From NCBI GenBank assembly GCA_964036045.1, contig OZ038378.1, positions 117,366,001 through 117,430,000 on the forward strand: a DNA stretch of 64,000 nt. The letters are read 5' to 3'. The DNA is from Eutreptiella sp. 'Long Island Sound 2002'. Taxonomy: Eukaryota; Protista; Euglenida. Within the stretch, counting starts at the first letter, position 1. Every line of letters begins with the position of its first letter. Below, piece by piece: positions 24,842 through 35,900 of the stretch. The notes under the pieces were generated by a model that was given only the letters and a program-made list of their open reading frames with translations, made no database searches and was not told the origin of the DNA. The position numbers were made by a program, and so were the translations under genes.

Positions 24842-25775
24842 TGCAAAGAAATGTGCAATATCTAAGCGGGAAAGAAGGAAGCATGGAACAATGCACTACG
24901 GGCAATAGCAAGCAAGCATGCACGCACGCACGCATGGAACGATGAAGAAATTGGGATATGTTGGTAGACATTATATCGTTCTAGTATTGATCTAATCTAG
25001 GCTAGAACGTTCTAGCTAGAGCGTTCTAGGCTGCAACGAGATTGGGTCTTCTAGCGTGTACCAAGGGAACTGGCAACCTAAGTGCCTGCAGGCTGCCGGC
25101 GTGGAGGTGAAGTTCCGTGAAGAGGGATCCGGCTAGCGGCCAAAACATTAACGCGAGGGACTGTAAATTCTGAGGGCGGCAACGAAAAAGGGAACATCTA
25201 GCTTGAGTGTGTTGGGGCAATGCACCTCATGCGGAACAAGGGGTGGGAAACCATGATAGATGAGTGTGTGGATAGGGTGGGGCCGGAAGGGGGACGTGTT
25301 GTAGGACAACTGTGGGTGGGCGTATGCCGCAAGTGTTGGACCAATTTTAGCGCCACGTGCGTGTTTGCATGGCAGACACAGTGGTCCACCGGGTATGACC
25401 TAAAGGGATTGAGGGAGTATAGTGTTGCAATGGGTAAAGCCCATGTACAGTTGTAATCGGGGAAACTTCTGCGGCCCCACTTGTTGATAGACCACATGTA
25501 TTTTTTTGCTCCCTAGTGGCGAATCCTCTCCAAAACTTGCACGTTTTGCAATGAAGGGGATCCAATGGCGACTGAAGCGTGTGTTGTGTAATAGTTGGGG
25601 CCTAAACCTCTTGCAGGGGGGGAGGGTATGGGTATGCAGGTGGTTGTGGGTAACCACACAGGGCATCTCTTGTGTTGTTTGTTTCTCAGTGTTTGTTCTA
25701 TTTACGTTCTTTCCATGGATTCCACGATGTTCCAAGAACATCACCTAGATCTGGGAGTTGTCAGCCCTTCGATAA

Positions 25776-26111
25776 TTGCCCGTTTCGCGCGCCCAGGGGG
25801 GCGGCTCCGAGGAAGAGGATTTGGTTTTCTGGATCACCGTTAAAAGAAGTGATCACGTTTACAAAGCGGTCTTGGACACGCGCGCCACGCTCTCAATCGT
25901 GGCCCGCAGATTGCTAAGGCAAGCCAAGATCCGGAAAACCAAAACCGTGGCCATAAGGGTTGGGAATGGTAGGACCATCCATTCCCTGGGGGGGGGGGTC
26001 GATGTGACCGTGTGTCTAGGCGATAAAAAAATGACCCACCACTGCAGAGTGCTAGACACCGACGCCTTTGACACTGTCATTGGCACAGATTTTCTGCACC
26101 GTAACCCCTAG
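25776..26111 (+). pseudogene. Retropepsin aspartic protease of gypsy element A
   Basis: KAVLDTRATLSIV (LDTGA motif), IRVGNG, and DTVIGTDFL (ILG.DFL motif). Confidence 0.9.
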
Positions 26112-26222
26112 GTGAAATTGTTGTCTCTGCAACCTCCCTATGCCCTACACTGCGATTTCGGCGGTGGCATTTCCTCTGTCCCTCTGGAGCTGCCACGATG
26201 AGAAAAAGCCGTTTTACACTAC

Positions 26223-26660
26223 GTGAACCACTTTTATCGAGCTCAAAACTATCAGTTGGTGCGACCCGTCTTGGAAAATGCACTGGCCCCCCTGCAGGTA
26301 GACCTGAATAAAGTTGAAGTGGAATTGTTCGCGAGTAAAGAGCAGCACATGATTCAGGTCCACTGTTCGCGGTATCTCAATAACGCCTATCGCTTCTACC
26401 TGAGATCGATGGGGTTGTGCTATGCAAACCCTCCATTCTCCCAACTCGCTAAGGTGTTGACCAAAATCGCCCTTGAAGGAGCGAGAGTTGTGCTGTGCAG
26501 CCCGGAAAGGGGTTCTACAGGGGAATAAGCCTATTGGAGGTGTTTACTGCACCGTATGACAGTGGGAAGAAATGAACACTCCAACGGTTGCATCTACGTT
26601 CCTGAAGACTCTCAAGAGACTATGCCTGCCCCTAAATGGGGCAGTCTCTTGTCCATCGTT
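26223..26660 (+). pseudogene. Dam-like DNA N6-adenine methyltransferase domain within the pol of gypsy element A
   Basis: QNYQL..VEVELFASKEQH..NNAYRFY..LCYANPPFSQLAKVLTKIALEGARVVLCSP....YW. NPPF lies at 26427-26438. Same reading frame as the protease, separated only by point-mutation stops. Confidence 0.85.
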
Positions 26661-27449
26661 GATGGCTCTCTCAACCCCGTACCGGTGTGTGACCAGGAAG
26701 TGCTCAAGGAGTTGATGGCCGAAAACCGAGGCCTTACGCTCCTGGATCCCAAGAGGAGATCCGAGTACTCTTCGGTCACCACTACGAGTGGTGAGTGCTA
26801 CCATGAGCAGAGACTCACGTAGTCCCTACTCGTGTGGCTGATGCTGATGACAACCTAAGTGAGATCTTCAGCTCAATACCGCCCGTGCATCCGGAGGTGT
26901 TGACTTTGTAGCATAGCGCGTTCCTAGCGCAACTGCTTATGGAAGAGGTGGATCTTGGTGAGTCCACCTCTGATGGGTCTCATGACCACGCTGTGTTCTC
27001 AATGCGGGCCTTAGATGGCCCTATAGGTTAGGTACCTGACGCTAAACACTCACCCAACAACATACCCGTCTCTAAGCACGATGTGCGAACCCTTCAACAG
27101 GTCCTGTGGGCTAAGGCTGAGGGTATCAAGCGACGGACCCGCCTGGACCTCCTCAAGGGGACGTGGAAAACCTCGATATGGTCCGAGGAGGATGATGAGG
27201 TGATGACTCTCCCGTATCCTGAAACATCCCTGGTATACTGCCTTCACTATGCCCAGCAGGGTTGCCACGACTAGGAGGATGCATTGCCCCCCGAAACTAT
27301 GGGTCGCATCAAGAAACAGGAAAAAGAAAAGAGCAGCCTCCCCGCTGAGGAGTATTTTTCTGAGAAACTTCAGGGCATGAACCTTGACTCTAGTCTCACT
27401 AAGGTCATCAAGGAATATCAGGAGGTTTTTCGGGGCGTTGCCCCCACCC

Positions 27450-28399
27450 CTGTCTTGCAAAAAATTGGTCCACATCGACCTCAAACTCAAACCTGAGTTT
27501 GAAGGGTCGGTGGCAAGACGGTGTCCATACCCCGCCCCACAAAACCCAATCGAAGAGATCGAACGTCAAATCTAGGAATGTATAGGTGCTGGCCTCGTCG
27601 ACAAGTATAAACACAGGGACTATCTGGCCATTGTAGCCCTTGCTTCCTTGTGGCTAAACCTGGCTCCACTGTTATGCGCTTGGTCGTTGACTATGGTGAA
27701 GTCAACAAGAAGACCAAAAACCACTCAAGGAGTATCCCCAACATGGAGAATACCCCGGAAAGAAGTGCAAGGCGTCGATTCAAGACCAAGATGGATAAGC
27801 GCAGTGGTTTCTGGCAAGTAGACCTAACCCAAGCAGCCCAGGAACTGCTCGCCTTTGTCACCCCTAAGGGCCGTGTCTTCCGCTGGAAGGTCATGCCCTT
27901 CGGTGTCGCGAATGCCCGTGCACTCTTTCAGGAGCTGATGAATAAAGTCCTATATATCCTGAGACGCAGACCCCTTGTGCAGGAACTGGTTTCCCGCGGG
28001 GCTGAGATGGAGGCACACATCGACGACGTGAGCCTGTGTACTAATACCCAGGAGGATCCTATCCTCCTCCTACAAGAACTTTTCACTGTCTGTCAGGAAA
28101 ACTATCTCCGCATCAAACTCGAGAAATGTGAGTTCATGCATGGGGAGATGAAATATCTAGGTTGCGACGCAAGGTATGTCTGGTGGAAACCAACTGCATC
28201 GAAGATGCAACCCCTGCAACACATGCAGATACATGATGAACCCAAGAAGGGTCTGCACAATGTACGGAGTTTCATTGGCGCTTGCATTTTTAATCGGCGC
28301 CATATTCCTAATTTTACCTATTCATCAGCCCCCTTGACTGTCCTTATAAAGAAGACCAACCCTCGGCGGTGGACCGACAAGGAGGAGGCCTATTTCTAG
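27450..28399 (+). pseudogene. Reverse transcriptase of gypsy element A
   Basis: SPCFLVAKPG, MRLVVDYGEVNKKT, SIPNME, KMDKRSGFWQV, FRWKVMPFGVANA, HIDDV, KLEKCEF, YLG and RSFIG. Confidence 0.95.
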
Positions 28400-29676
28400 G
28401 AGTTGAAGAAGAAGATATCCTCTACCAACTGCCTGGGGGTACCCCGCCCTAAGGGCGAGATCAAACTCATCACACACGCCTGTGATGTAGGGCCATGAGG
28501 CAACGGAAACTGGGCTCGCATACGCCCCCGTGTCACAGGCGCATGGTCATAATCACATTGTTCAGTGTTATGCTTGCTGCTCTGCAGCGTACACCAGTTC
28601 TGGACCACACCAGGTGGTTGCTGACTGTGCATTGGCTCTGGTCCTCTGGACACTGAGGTCAGCTCGCACTCACCACCCACCCACAGTGCCGGTTAGTCTC
28701 TAACCCTTGCCCTGCAGGTCGTGCTCCTGTCATGCACTTGCTCCCTGGCACGTGAGGACGTGTCGTACTCCAGCCTCGGGGGCGCAAAGGCGCCTTTGGT
28801 GGCGCAAAGGCGTCTCAAATATTCATCAAGTGCTCCAGCTGTCAGGCAACTCAACAGTTCATTGCTGTACTGTGTGTGGCGCATTTTTGTTCAGCTCCAC
28901 ACCATGCATGCGCATGCTGCCCACATATTCATGCCCACTTGCTTCCGTCTTCCTCACATGGGCCGCACTCTCGCAGCCTCAGTCATGCTTGGGCCTTTCA
29001 ACACGTAACGACGTGTCGAGCCTGTGGCTCAGGGGCGCAATGGCGCCCTGTTATTTAACCATGTGACTGTTTTGTGTTGTTTTGGCGTCCCATACACCCT
29101 GGTCAGCTCAAACCCACCACCCTCCCTTTGCGCCGGTGATGTAGGGGGGGGGGGGGTACCCTACACCAGTGGCGGAAGCTTGACCTTGTTAAGTTGTCTC
29201 ACTGCCGATATCATACTTCACGTTTGAACCGCGACGGCACGTTGAAGCATGACTACCTTGCCAATGAATGGCGCCTGGTGCCCCTTGGGCACTGGAACTG
29301 GAAGTGGAATCAAGCACGTTCCAACTACAGTCCCTACGACTAGGAACTGCTGGCTGGGATGCTCGTGCTCTCTTCGCAGTCCCGCCTCCTTGGCACTAAC
29401 CCTATTGTGTGGCTCTGTGACCAGGAGCCTGTGAAAACATTTTTGGAGGGTCCACGTCCTGAAAAAGCGCAACCAAAACGATGGTGGACCTATCTTAGTC
29501 AGTTATCTGTCCACCATATACAGGGTATAAAAACCGAAATGGCTGATTATATGTCGCGTAAGAACTTTGATGCCCTCTTCGGGGAGATCTCCGAGTCGTC
29601 GGCCAAAGAGGCTTTTCAACACATGGATGTCCAGCTAGACCTGTCCATGCGTGCTGCAAGTGTCCTGGAGGGTTGA
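28400..29676 (+). pseudogene. RNase H of gypsy element A, split by a 642-bp insertion
   Basis: ITHACDVG|GGGTLHQW..PLGHWNWKWNQARSNYSPYD*ELLAG..WLCDQ..HHIQGIKTEMADYMSR. Confidence 0.9.
28493..29134. mobile_element. 642-bp insertion flanked by an 11-bp direct repeat (GTGATGTAGGG)
   Basis: The duplication lies at 28482-28492 and 29135-29145. Removing the insert restores the RNase H motif ACDVGGGGTL. No TIR or poly(A) is seen. Confidence 0.8.
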
Positions 29677-29799
29677 AGTATGAGAGACTACCGAGAGGAG
29701 TACCAATGTGTACTTCAAACCCTCAGTGATGGCCTACAGGCACGCCTAATAGACGGCGACCGTTGGTATAAAGATAACCAGTACCTCTACTATGAGGAC

Positions 29800-30814
29800 C
29801 CGCATAGTCGTGCCTCAGGCACGACTGGACGGTTGCCTGCAGTGGGCCAATCTCAGTTCAAGGCACATAGACTGTAACCGCTCTATTGATTTCTTCACGG
29901 AGTGTTTCTACTCCCGACTAACCTTGTCTGAACTACGGTCGCGAATGCAGTCCATAGTGGACTCGTGTAGGTGTCATGCCATCAAATAGAGCGACCCTCG
30001 TGACCGGGGATTGGTCTCGAATCTGCCTATTCCCTACTGTGCTAACTCTCTGTTGTATGTGGATTTCATCCACGGTTTGCCTAGGTTTGGTGGTTACGAC
30101 AACTGTCTTGTTGTCACCTGTGGTCCGAGTCGTTTCAGCCGGGCGTTCCCCTGCAGCAAAAAGATCACACGGGAACAGGCTGTGAAAATTTTGGTGGAAC
30201 AAAGATTGGAACCCTACAGAGCCCCTAAAGAGGTGCACTCTGATGAAGATGTACGCATCAAGAGTGATACCGGGTGATACAAGCCAGTGTTGGGCGCTCT
30301 GAACGTCCAGGTAACCACAGGTGTGCCCTGCACTCACACTTCCAACCCAGAAACTTAGAGTCCAGATGAAACATAAACGTACTAAAGATTGGGTACGCTT
30401 GTTACCCCGGGCTGTCCTAACCATTAATTCTCAACGGAGTTCCTCAACTGGCTATACCACCCACGAAATATTCCATGGGGGACGTCCTGCATGGTGTTTC
30501 AAAACCCCTTTCCTGATGACTACAAGAGCCCCATAGGGGATTGGCTAGAACACAAGCAAGACGTAGCCAACATAGCCAGAGGTAACCTGAAGCACGTTCG
30601 TGAACGTGAGTTGACCAGGCGTAACCGCACGAGTCGTCCTGCCAGTTTCAACGTAGGAGACTTGGTGCTTGTACACCACTCGCGATTGCCCTCATGGCCT
30701 TGCAACTGTTTGCAGGACCCAGGGTCCTATCGTATTACAAAAATAAATGGATCCAAGATCCATTTGAGGTGCAGCTCCCACCCAAGTGGAGAATTGCTGT
30801 GTGCCCCGAAATAG
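29800..30814 (+). pseudogene. Integrase of gypsy element A
   Basis: Zinc-binding H..C region (RHI..CRC), LYVDFIHGLPRFGGYDNCLVVTC, EVHSDED, LPRAVLTINS, and the GPY/F-like FNVGDLVLV..GSYRI. Confidence 0.85.
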
Positions 30815-30937
30815 TTGAGACATTACCAGTCTCAAGACGACCTATCCTGAGATGAGTGGCGCCTCACTGACAAAGCGGTTGACGGTATCCATCTGGAGAA
30901 CGCTGCCAACCTTGAGGAGGCAGACGAACTCGAAGAG

Positions 30938-31177
30938 ATGACTGCCGATGAGATGGTAGTTGATGGCTACTACGTGGTTGGAGGTATTGCACGCCACGAG
31001 TATAAACAGGGTTGTAAATTCCTTGACTTGTGGGATGGCTATGGGCTGTCTGAGGCGACCTGGGAGCCCATGTCAGCCTTTATACAACCTGATTGGACTA
31101 TCAATCCCATCTTTTGTTCCTACCTCGTTGAGAACAACGAGGGTCGGCTACTAACCCGCGCTGAGACCCTGTCATAG
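30938..31177 (+). pseudogene. C-terminal chromodomain of gypsy element A
   Basis: YYVVGGIARHEYKQGCKFLDLWDGYGLSEATWEPMSAF fits the chromodomain pattern Y.V..I....K.L..W.GY..SE.TWEP. Confidence 0.85.
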
Positions 31178-32999
31178 TGTAAGAAGAATAACTAATCTCC
31201 TTGTGCCTATCTATTTGTTGCTCCTAACCGAACTGAGGTGGTTGCAAGCTTCAGAAGGCAGTGGCACTACCTGGACATTCCCTCTTCCCATAGGGAGTCT
31301 CTTTCGCCCCATGCCTGCAGGCGTATTGGCTCCTGGAGGTGCACTTGCCCCCCACGAAGGGAGGCAACACTGGGGGTCGTCGGAATACCACCAGGCCGCT
31401 TTTCAGGTTTGTAGCCCAATGGTCGTGAGTTCTACTACCCCATCCTCCCACCGTGCCATCATCTTGCACTGTGTAGTACCAAGAACGCGCCCACGCGTTG
31501 GAGTAGGTACCCTTGGGGTCAGTTCAGTTCTGGATTTCCACCTCCTTACGACCACCTCAACTGCGGGTCACCTGAACACGCCGGCCTACGTGAACGGGTT
31601 CCCTCGCTTCGGAACTCACAATTGAGGGCCCTTACTCGCAAACCCCTCTGTCTTAGGTGGGCACTCTTGTGCTGACAACTAGGCCTAATCAACGTGTGCC
31701 TTGACAGGTTCAGGACTCATGTAGAGCTCGAGTTTCAGTGAGTGTACTAACGCCCACCCTCTTTCAGGTTTGGTTTTTCACCCATGTCCACATGCGCTGC
31801 TTTAAGAGCCCTGCCCCTGCCTTGGTGGTGCCCTGCACTCCCATGCCGATGGTTACCAGCATGTGCCAGATGGCCGGTTATCAGGTTTGCAGCCACCCAG
31901 CGAGTGAGTGCCTTGTTGACCACGTGTGGCATGGGATGTGCCCTAGTGTGATAACCTTTGGGGAGCCAACGATAAGCGGTGGAATTTCAATTATTGATTC
32001 AGAGGACCCGTTGGCAACGTTTGTTGCCCTTGAGTGGCGAAACCCGTCCCCATATCATTCGTAGGCAGCTGCCAAGCAAGCTCCCTGGCATAAAAAAAAA
32101 AGGTGTTGGAGGAAGAGGCCAATGCAACCCTTAGTAGTGTTTTGGTCAATTTCAGTGGGGTGGACCCTTCGGCGGGTTGCAACTAGTTTGAATATGAAAT
32201 CCAGACGTTTTCAATCTGAGTATCCCTTCACCTCTCCAACCACTATTGCACTATTTGGGCGGGGGGGGGGGGGTAGTGGTTCACTATAAGCATGGGCGGT
32301 CGATGTCCAAAATTCCGGCCCTAACAAACACGCCTAACACCGATGGCTAAACCATGAAGGTGGAGCAATGTCAGCCCCGTTTGGACCCGGACCCTATCAG
32401 TAACCTGGGCCATACAGAGGTTGCTGAGAAAAAATCTCTCGAACGCCTAATGCAGGGAGATAAACAGATAGTTACCTACACTCGGGTCCTTCATCCCGGA
32501 TAACTGCGGTATATTCGGTTCATTCCAACTCCTCGGCGAAGCACGCTCCTACAGACTTGTCCGTTGCAAAGAAAACTACAAAGCAAGAATCCACAAACGG
32601 GTGAACAGCACCGGGGGGGGGGAAACAAGCCATACCCGGGGTATCGGCTAACCCCTCTTACACCCCCGATGCGCATAACTCATCCCCTTCGCACATATCT
32701 TCATTGGTTTCGTGCCGCACACCTTGGAAAAAACAGAGAGCAACAGACATGGACTAGTGCATTGATTGGGTTCCACCAATGGAACCAATTGAGACACCAT
32801 CAAAATTGTCGCGGCATCCCTAGCAATTCATCCTGGCGCACCTAAAGATTTCTCCTATGTGCAAGGTCTGCGATCTATAATTCACAGAAATAACAATTTT
32901 CTTGCACCGCTGAACCACAATGGTATCAAAATCATTAAGATCTGTTCTGATGAAGACAACCGCAACCGTGAAAACAGCTCTGCGGCAGTACCAATTACC

Positions 33000-35900
33000 A
33001 CTACCACCAACGCATCTGAAAAAGGTCCTCTCCATACCGGCCTAAGACCTTTTGAACTACTGGTATTTATTATCTCTCAATTCAAACCTTCGCCACAAAG
33101 CCGCACTCATAGACTGCAAACGTAAAAACCGCTGTCGCTACGGTGCAAGATGTTGGCTTTGTCATTAACAATCCACCGCTCAACACACCTTTTGCACGGT
33201 TTTTTTGCAATTCAGATTCCGCAGATTCAAAAACTGATGTATCTCGGCAGCCACAAGATTCTGGTAACCCTCTAGTGCCCTTGATAGCTGCAAAAGCCAG
33301 GCCAGAGTCCACATTATCCGAAATGAACATTTATCCTCGGTGAAAAGGCTCTTTCGCACCACATGAAGATCAATGGACAATAGCCTCCAAGAGAAGTCAT
33401 TGGACACCTTCAAGAATACGACATACCGGGTTAGATGATGAAATGCCGTCTTGTAAGGATTGCAAGAATACCTTTGCACTTAGCGATGAAATTGCTAACG
33501 GATCTCTAACCAGAGGTTTGAATCTGCCACTAGGTTGCCGTGACTCTCAACTGAAGAGAAAAACATCTCGAGATTCACGCAAACCCAGTTAAGCAATTCA
33601 ATCATAAAGTGTCGTTTGTCCCCAACGGCACGTGTCCAATTCCAAACAAAAACTACTCAAAGTTCAACCACCATGTTGTGCCGTACCTGTCAAAACGTTT
33701 TTCTAGTCCGGACAACAAAGTCAGGTGAACGTCAATCGCTCAAAGTAAAGGCCTGGGACTCCGCGCCATCAAGCAGTTCCTCTTCAAGCCACGATTTACT
33801 GTGAAACCGCTCAAAGATACTGGTCCGAACCACATGGAAAACATGAATATGATGATTCACTCGCTCGAAAACAGTTCTGGGACGTCAACTTTCCGGCATC
33901 TAACGGGTATAACGAATGTGGTAGATCCAAGTCTCGAGATGAAGCGGACTCCGTAGGTCATTCAACAAGCCACCAAAGTCTGGAAGAGTCTTCATCCGAA
34001 GAATCCACCACATCAAAAAGAAGATCTCAGCAGGCTAAGCACATCAAGCTTCGGACGTTTAAAAATTGGGTTGGTCTAAAAGATCAAAGGCTGCTTCTGA
34101 ACCTGAAGCACGCACTTCTCAATGAAGATTCACCGCCCCTCCTCAAGGCTTGGACTTGGGCCCAATGCGCTCAACATCAATACAAACATTTGTCACACTC
34201 TACTGACATGATCGATCTTGTCGTACGAAAGATAACACGCTCAAAACAGCACCGGATGCAGAAACACCACGGCCTTGGTTTTGCATGCTGTCTTGGGTTG
34301 GGGATATTTGTAAATTGGGTGTCATTTGCTTTTCAAGCTCGTGTTTTTGGCCCAAGTTGTTCGTCGGCTTTCTTCCCTGAATCTACCTCAATGGCCATCT
34401 GGTTTTTGTTTTTTAACAAACACAATAACTTCAGGACAGCTTGGATGTGTTTGATTTAAAGCAGGCCAATGAAACCAGCTGTGATCAGAGCTCGTGATCA
34501 TTTTCAAGTCGATGGTGCCACAGGGAGTGCTCGGCACACTATATTGAAATCTTTTGTCAGCACTTCAAGTCAAGACTTTGGTTCCATCAGGCAGCGCTTT
34601 GTGCCCTGGTGTGCTGTATACAAAGTTGCTGTCCGTCGGTTGAACTTCGGCTCACCAAGCACGCTTTTCCCTTGGTTAGGCCGCCTTTTTCATACTCTTG
34701 GGCGGGAAACTGCCATGCCTCGACAAAAAAATTGAACTAATTGAGTATGCAAACCCAAATCCGCATGTAATGACTGGGATTGGGCACTCTCCAAAAAAGA
34801 AGATGGTGTTGTCAACAGAGGTAAAGGCAAAGGGCCTAAAGGTGGTAAGAACAAAAGCAGGGCAGGCAACAAACGGGAGAAAAGCGCGTCGCAGGGACGT
34901 GGAAGCTATAACTAGGAGTGCTGAGAGGCGCTCCCTTTTGGAAAGAGAACCCCTGGAGCATCGTTGTAACACTCTTCGGGCTCTCGTGCCCGCGACAATC
35001 CCCCAAGGGCATATTGTATATAGTAACATTCGAACCGAACTATCAGTTCGGATTGTTCTGCTGAAAAGAGACTTGCGTGCCCTAGTGGATTTTGGGTTCC
35101 AAGAGCCCACATTGGCGAACCCAAATGCTTTAGGCGATCAAATTTTTGAAAACCTTATCTTCCTTGTTCAAAGGCGCCTCGTACAGGCAACTAATAGGAC
35201 AACTTTGCCGGGGGGGATGAACAAATTGATGCAAAAATCCATTTTACGGGAGTTACGGATGAGAATGTTTCGCTTCCTTAGGTTGCGCAATACAGTGTGT
35301 CCCGATATTTGGTGCCGGACCTGCCATGGGACATGGTGTATGGGTACCCGTAGCGTCGTGCGCATTGTCCGAGCGATTTTGCTGGTTTTATTTGTTTGTA
35401 TTCACACCACCCCGTGCAACCCCGTTTTTGGATTGCAGATTTTTGCAAAACTCCACGAACCGGCAAACTGGTGTCGGTCAAACCCATTCAAAGTAAAGTG
35501 TCACATCGAACGCCCTGGAAATAACCGTTCTAGTCATTGGGGCGTTGGTACCCACCCTCTAGATGCCTGCTATTGTGATGGAGCCTCCTAATGGGGAGCC
35601 ACCGAGCCCAACTATCGCCGAAAAGCAAGTTTTCTACGCTTTTATGGCTTTGTCAGTGGCCCTTGTACCAAATCGTGCCTGTGCTTTGGAGCTCGTAGAA
35701 TTTGTTCCTCAGACCATCTCTCGTGCTGTCCTACCAACACGGCGTGATTGGTCCATTTCGAAGCACTCTGACTACAAGGTCACTGCATAGTGCGCCAGGT
35801 GGGTCGCAAAGCAATTTGGCACAAACCGTGAAGTGGACATCTTCAACATGGTCCAGGGATTGGCCCAAGCCACTCTCGTCGTGTGACATGGTGATGATTT

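Larger units (their letters stand above)
14284..25067 (-). mobile_element. 10.8-kb cut-and-paste DNA transposon (CMC/Transib-related) with 45-bp imperfect TIRs and a 2-bp AA TSD
   Basis: Left TIR 14284-14328 is CCCTTGGTACACGCTAGAATGCCCAATCTC...; right TIR 25023-25067 is ...GAGATTGGGTCTTCTAGCGTGTACCAAGGG, with the terminal 19 bp perfectly inverted. Flanks are ctcAA| and |AActgg; removing the element and one AA restores gag codons CTC AAC TGG (L-N-W). Confidence 0.92.
12112..32273 (+). mobile_element. Decayed Ty3/gypsy LTR retrotransposon A (gag-PR-N6MTase-RT-RH-IN-chromodomain), interrupted by nested insertions
   Basis: The domains below are colinear on +, with many in-frame stops and frameshifts. 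It ends at a G-rich PPT-like tract at 32257-32273. I found no matching LTR pair in the window. Confidence 0.85.

Noticed and set aside
25196-25750. Separate MITE or LINE fragment between gag and pol (ATCTAG...CTAGAT ends; HCKTCKF-GEDS zinc-knuckle-like text on -)
   Set aside because: The inverted match is short and gapped with no TSD, and the motif needs a frameshift. It may simply be a gag-pol spacer.
25776-31200. RIP-like CpA hypermutation from the many CAG-to-TAG stops in gypsy pol
   Set aside because: Only CAA, CAG, CGA and TGG can become stops by a transition, so this pattern is expected. A consensus-based mutation spectrum is needed.
32943-32985. Hammerhead ribozyme core (CTGATGA...GAAA)
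   Set aside because: The bases between the two core motifs do not form stem II. I also saw no convincing core in the flanks of the Penelope-like element.
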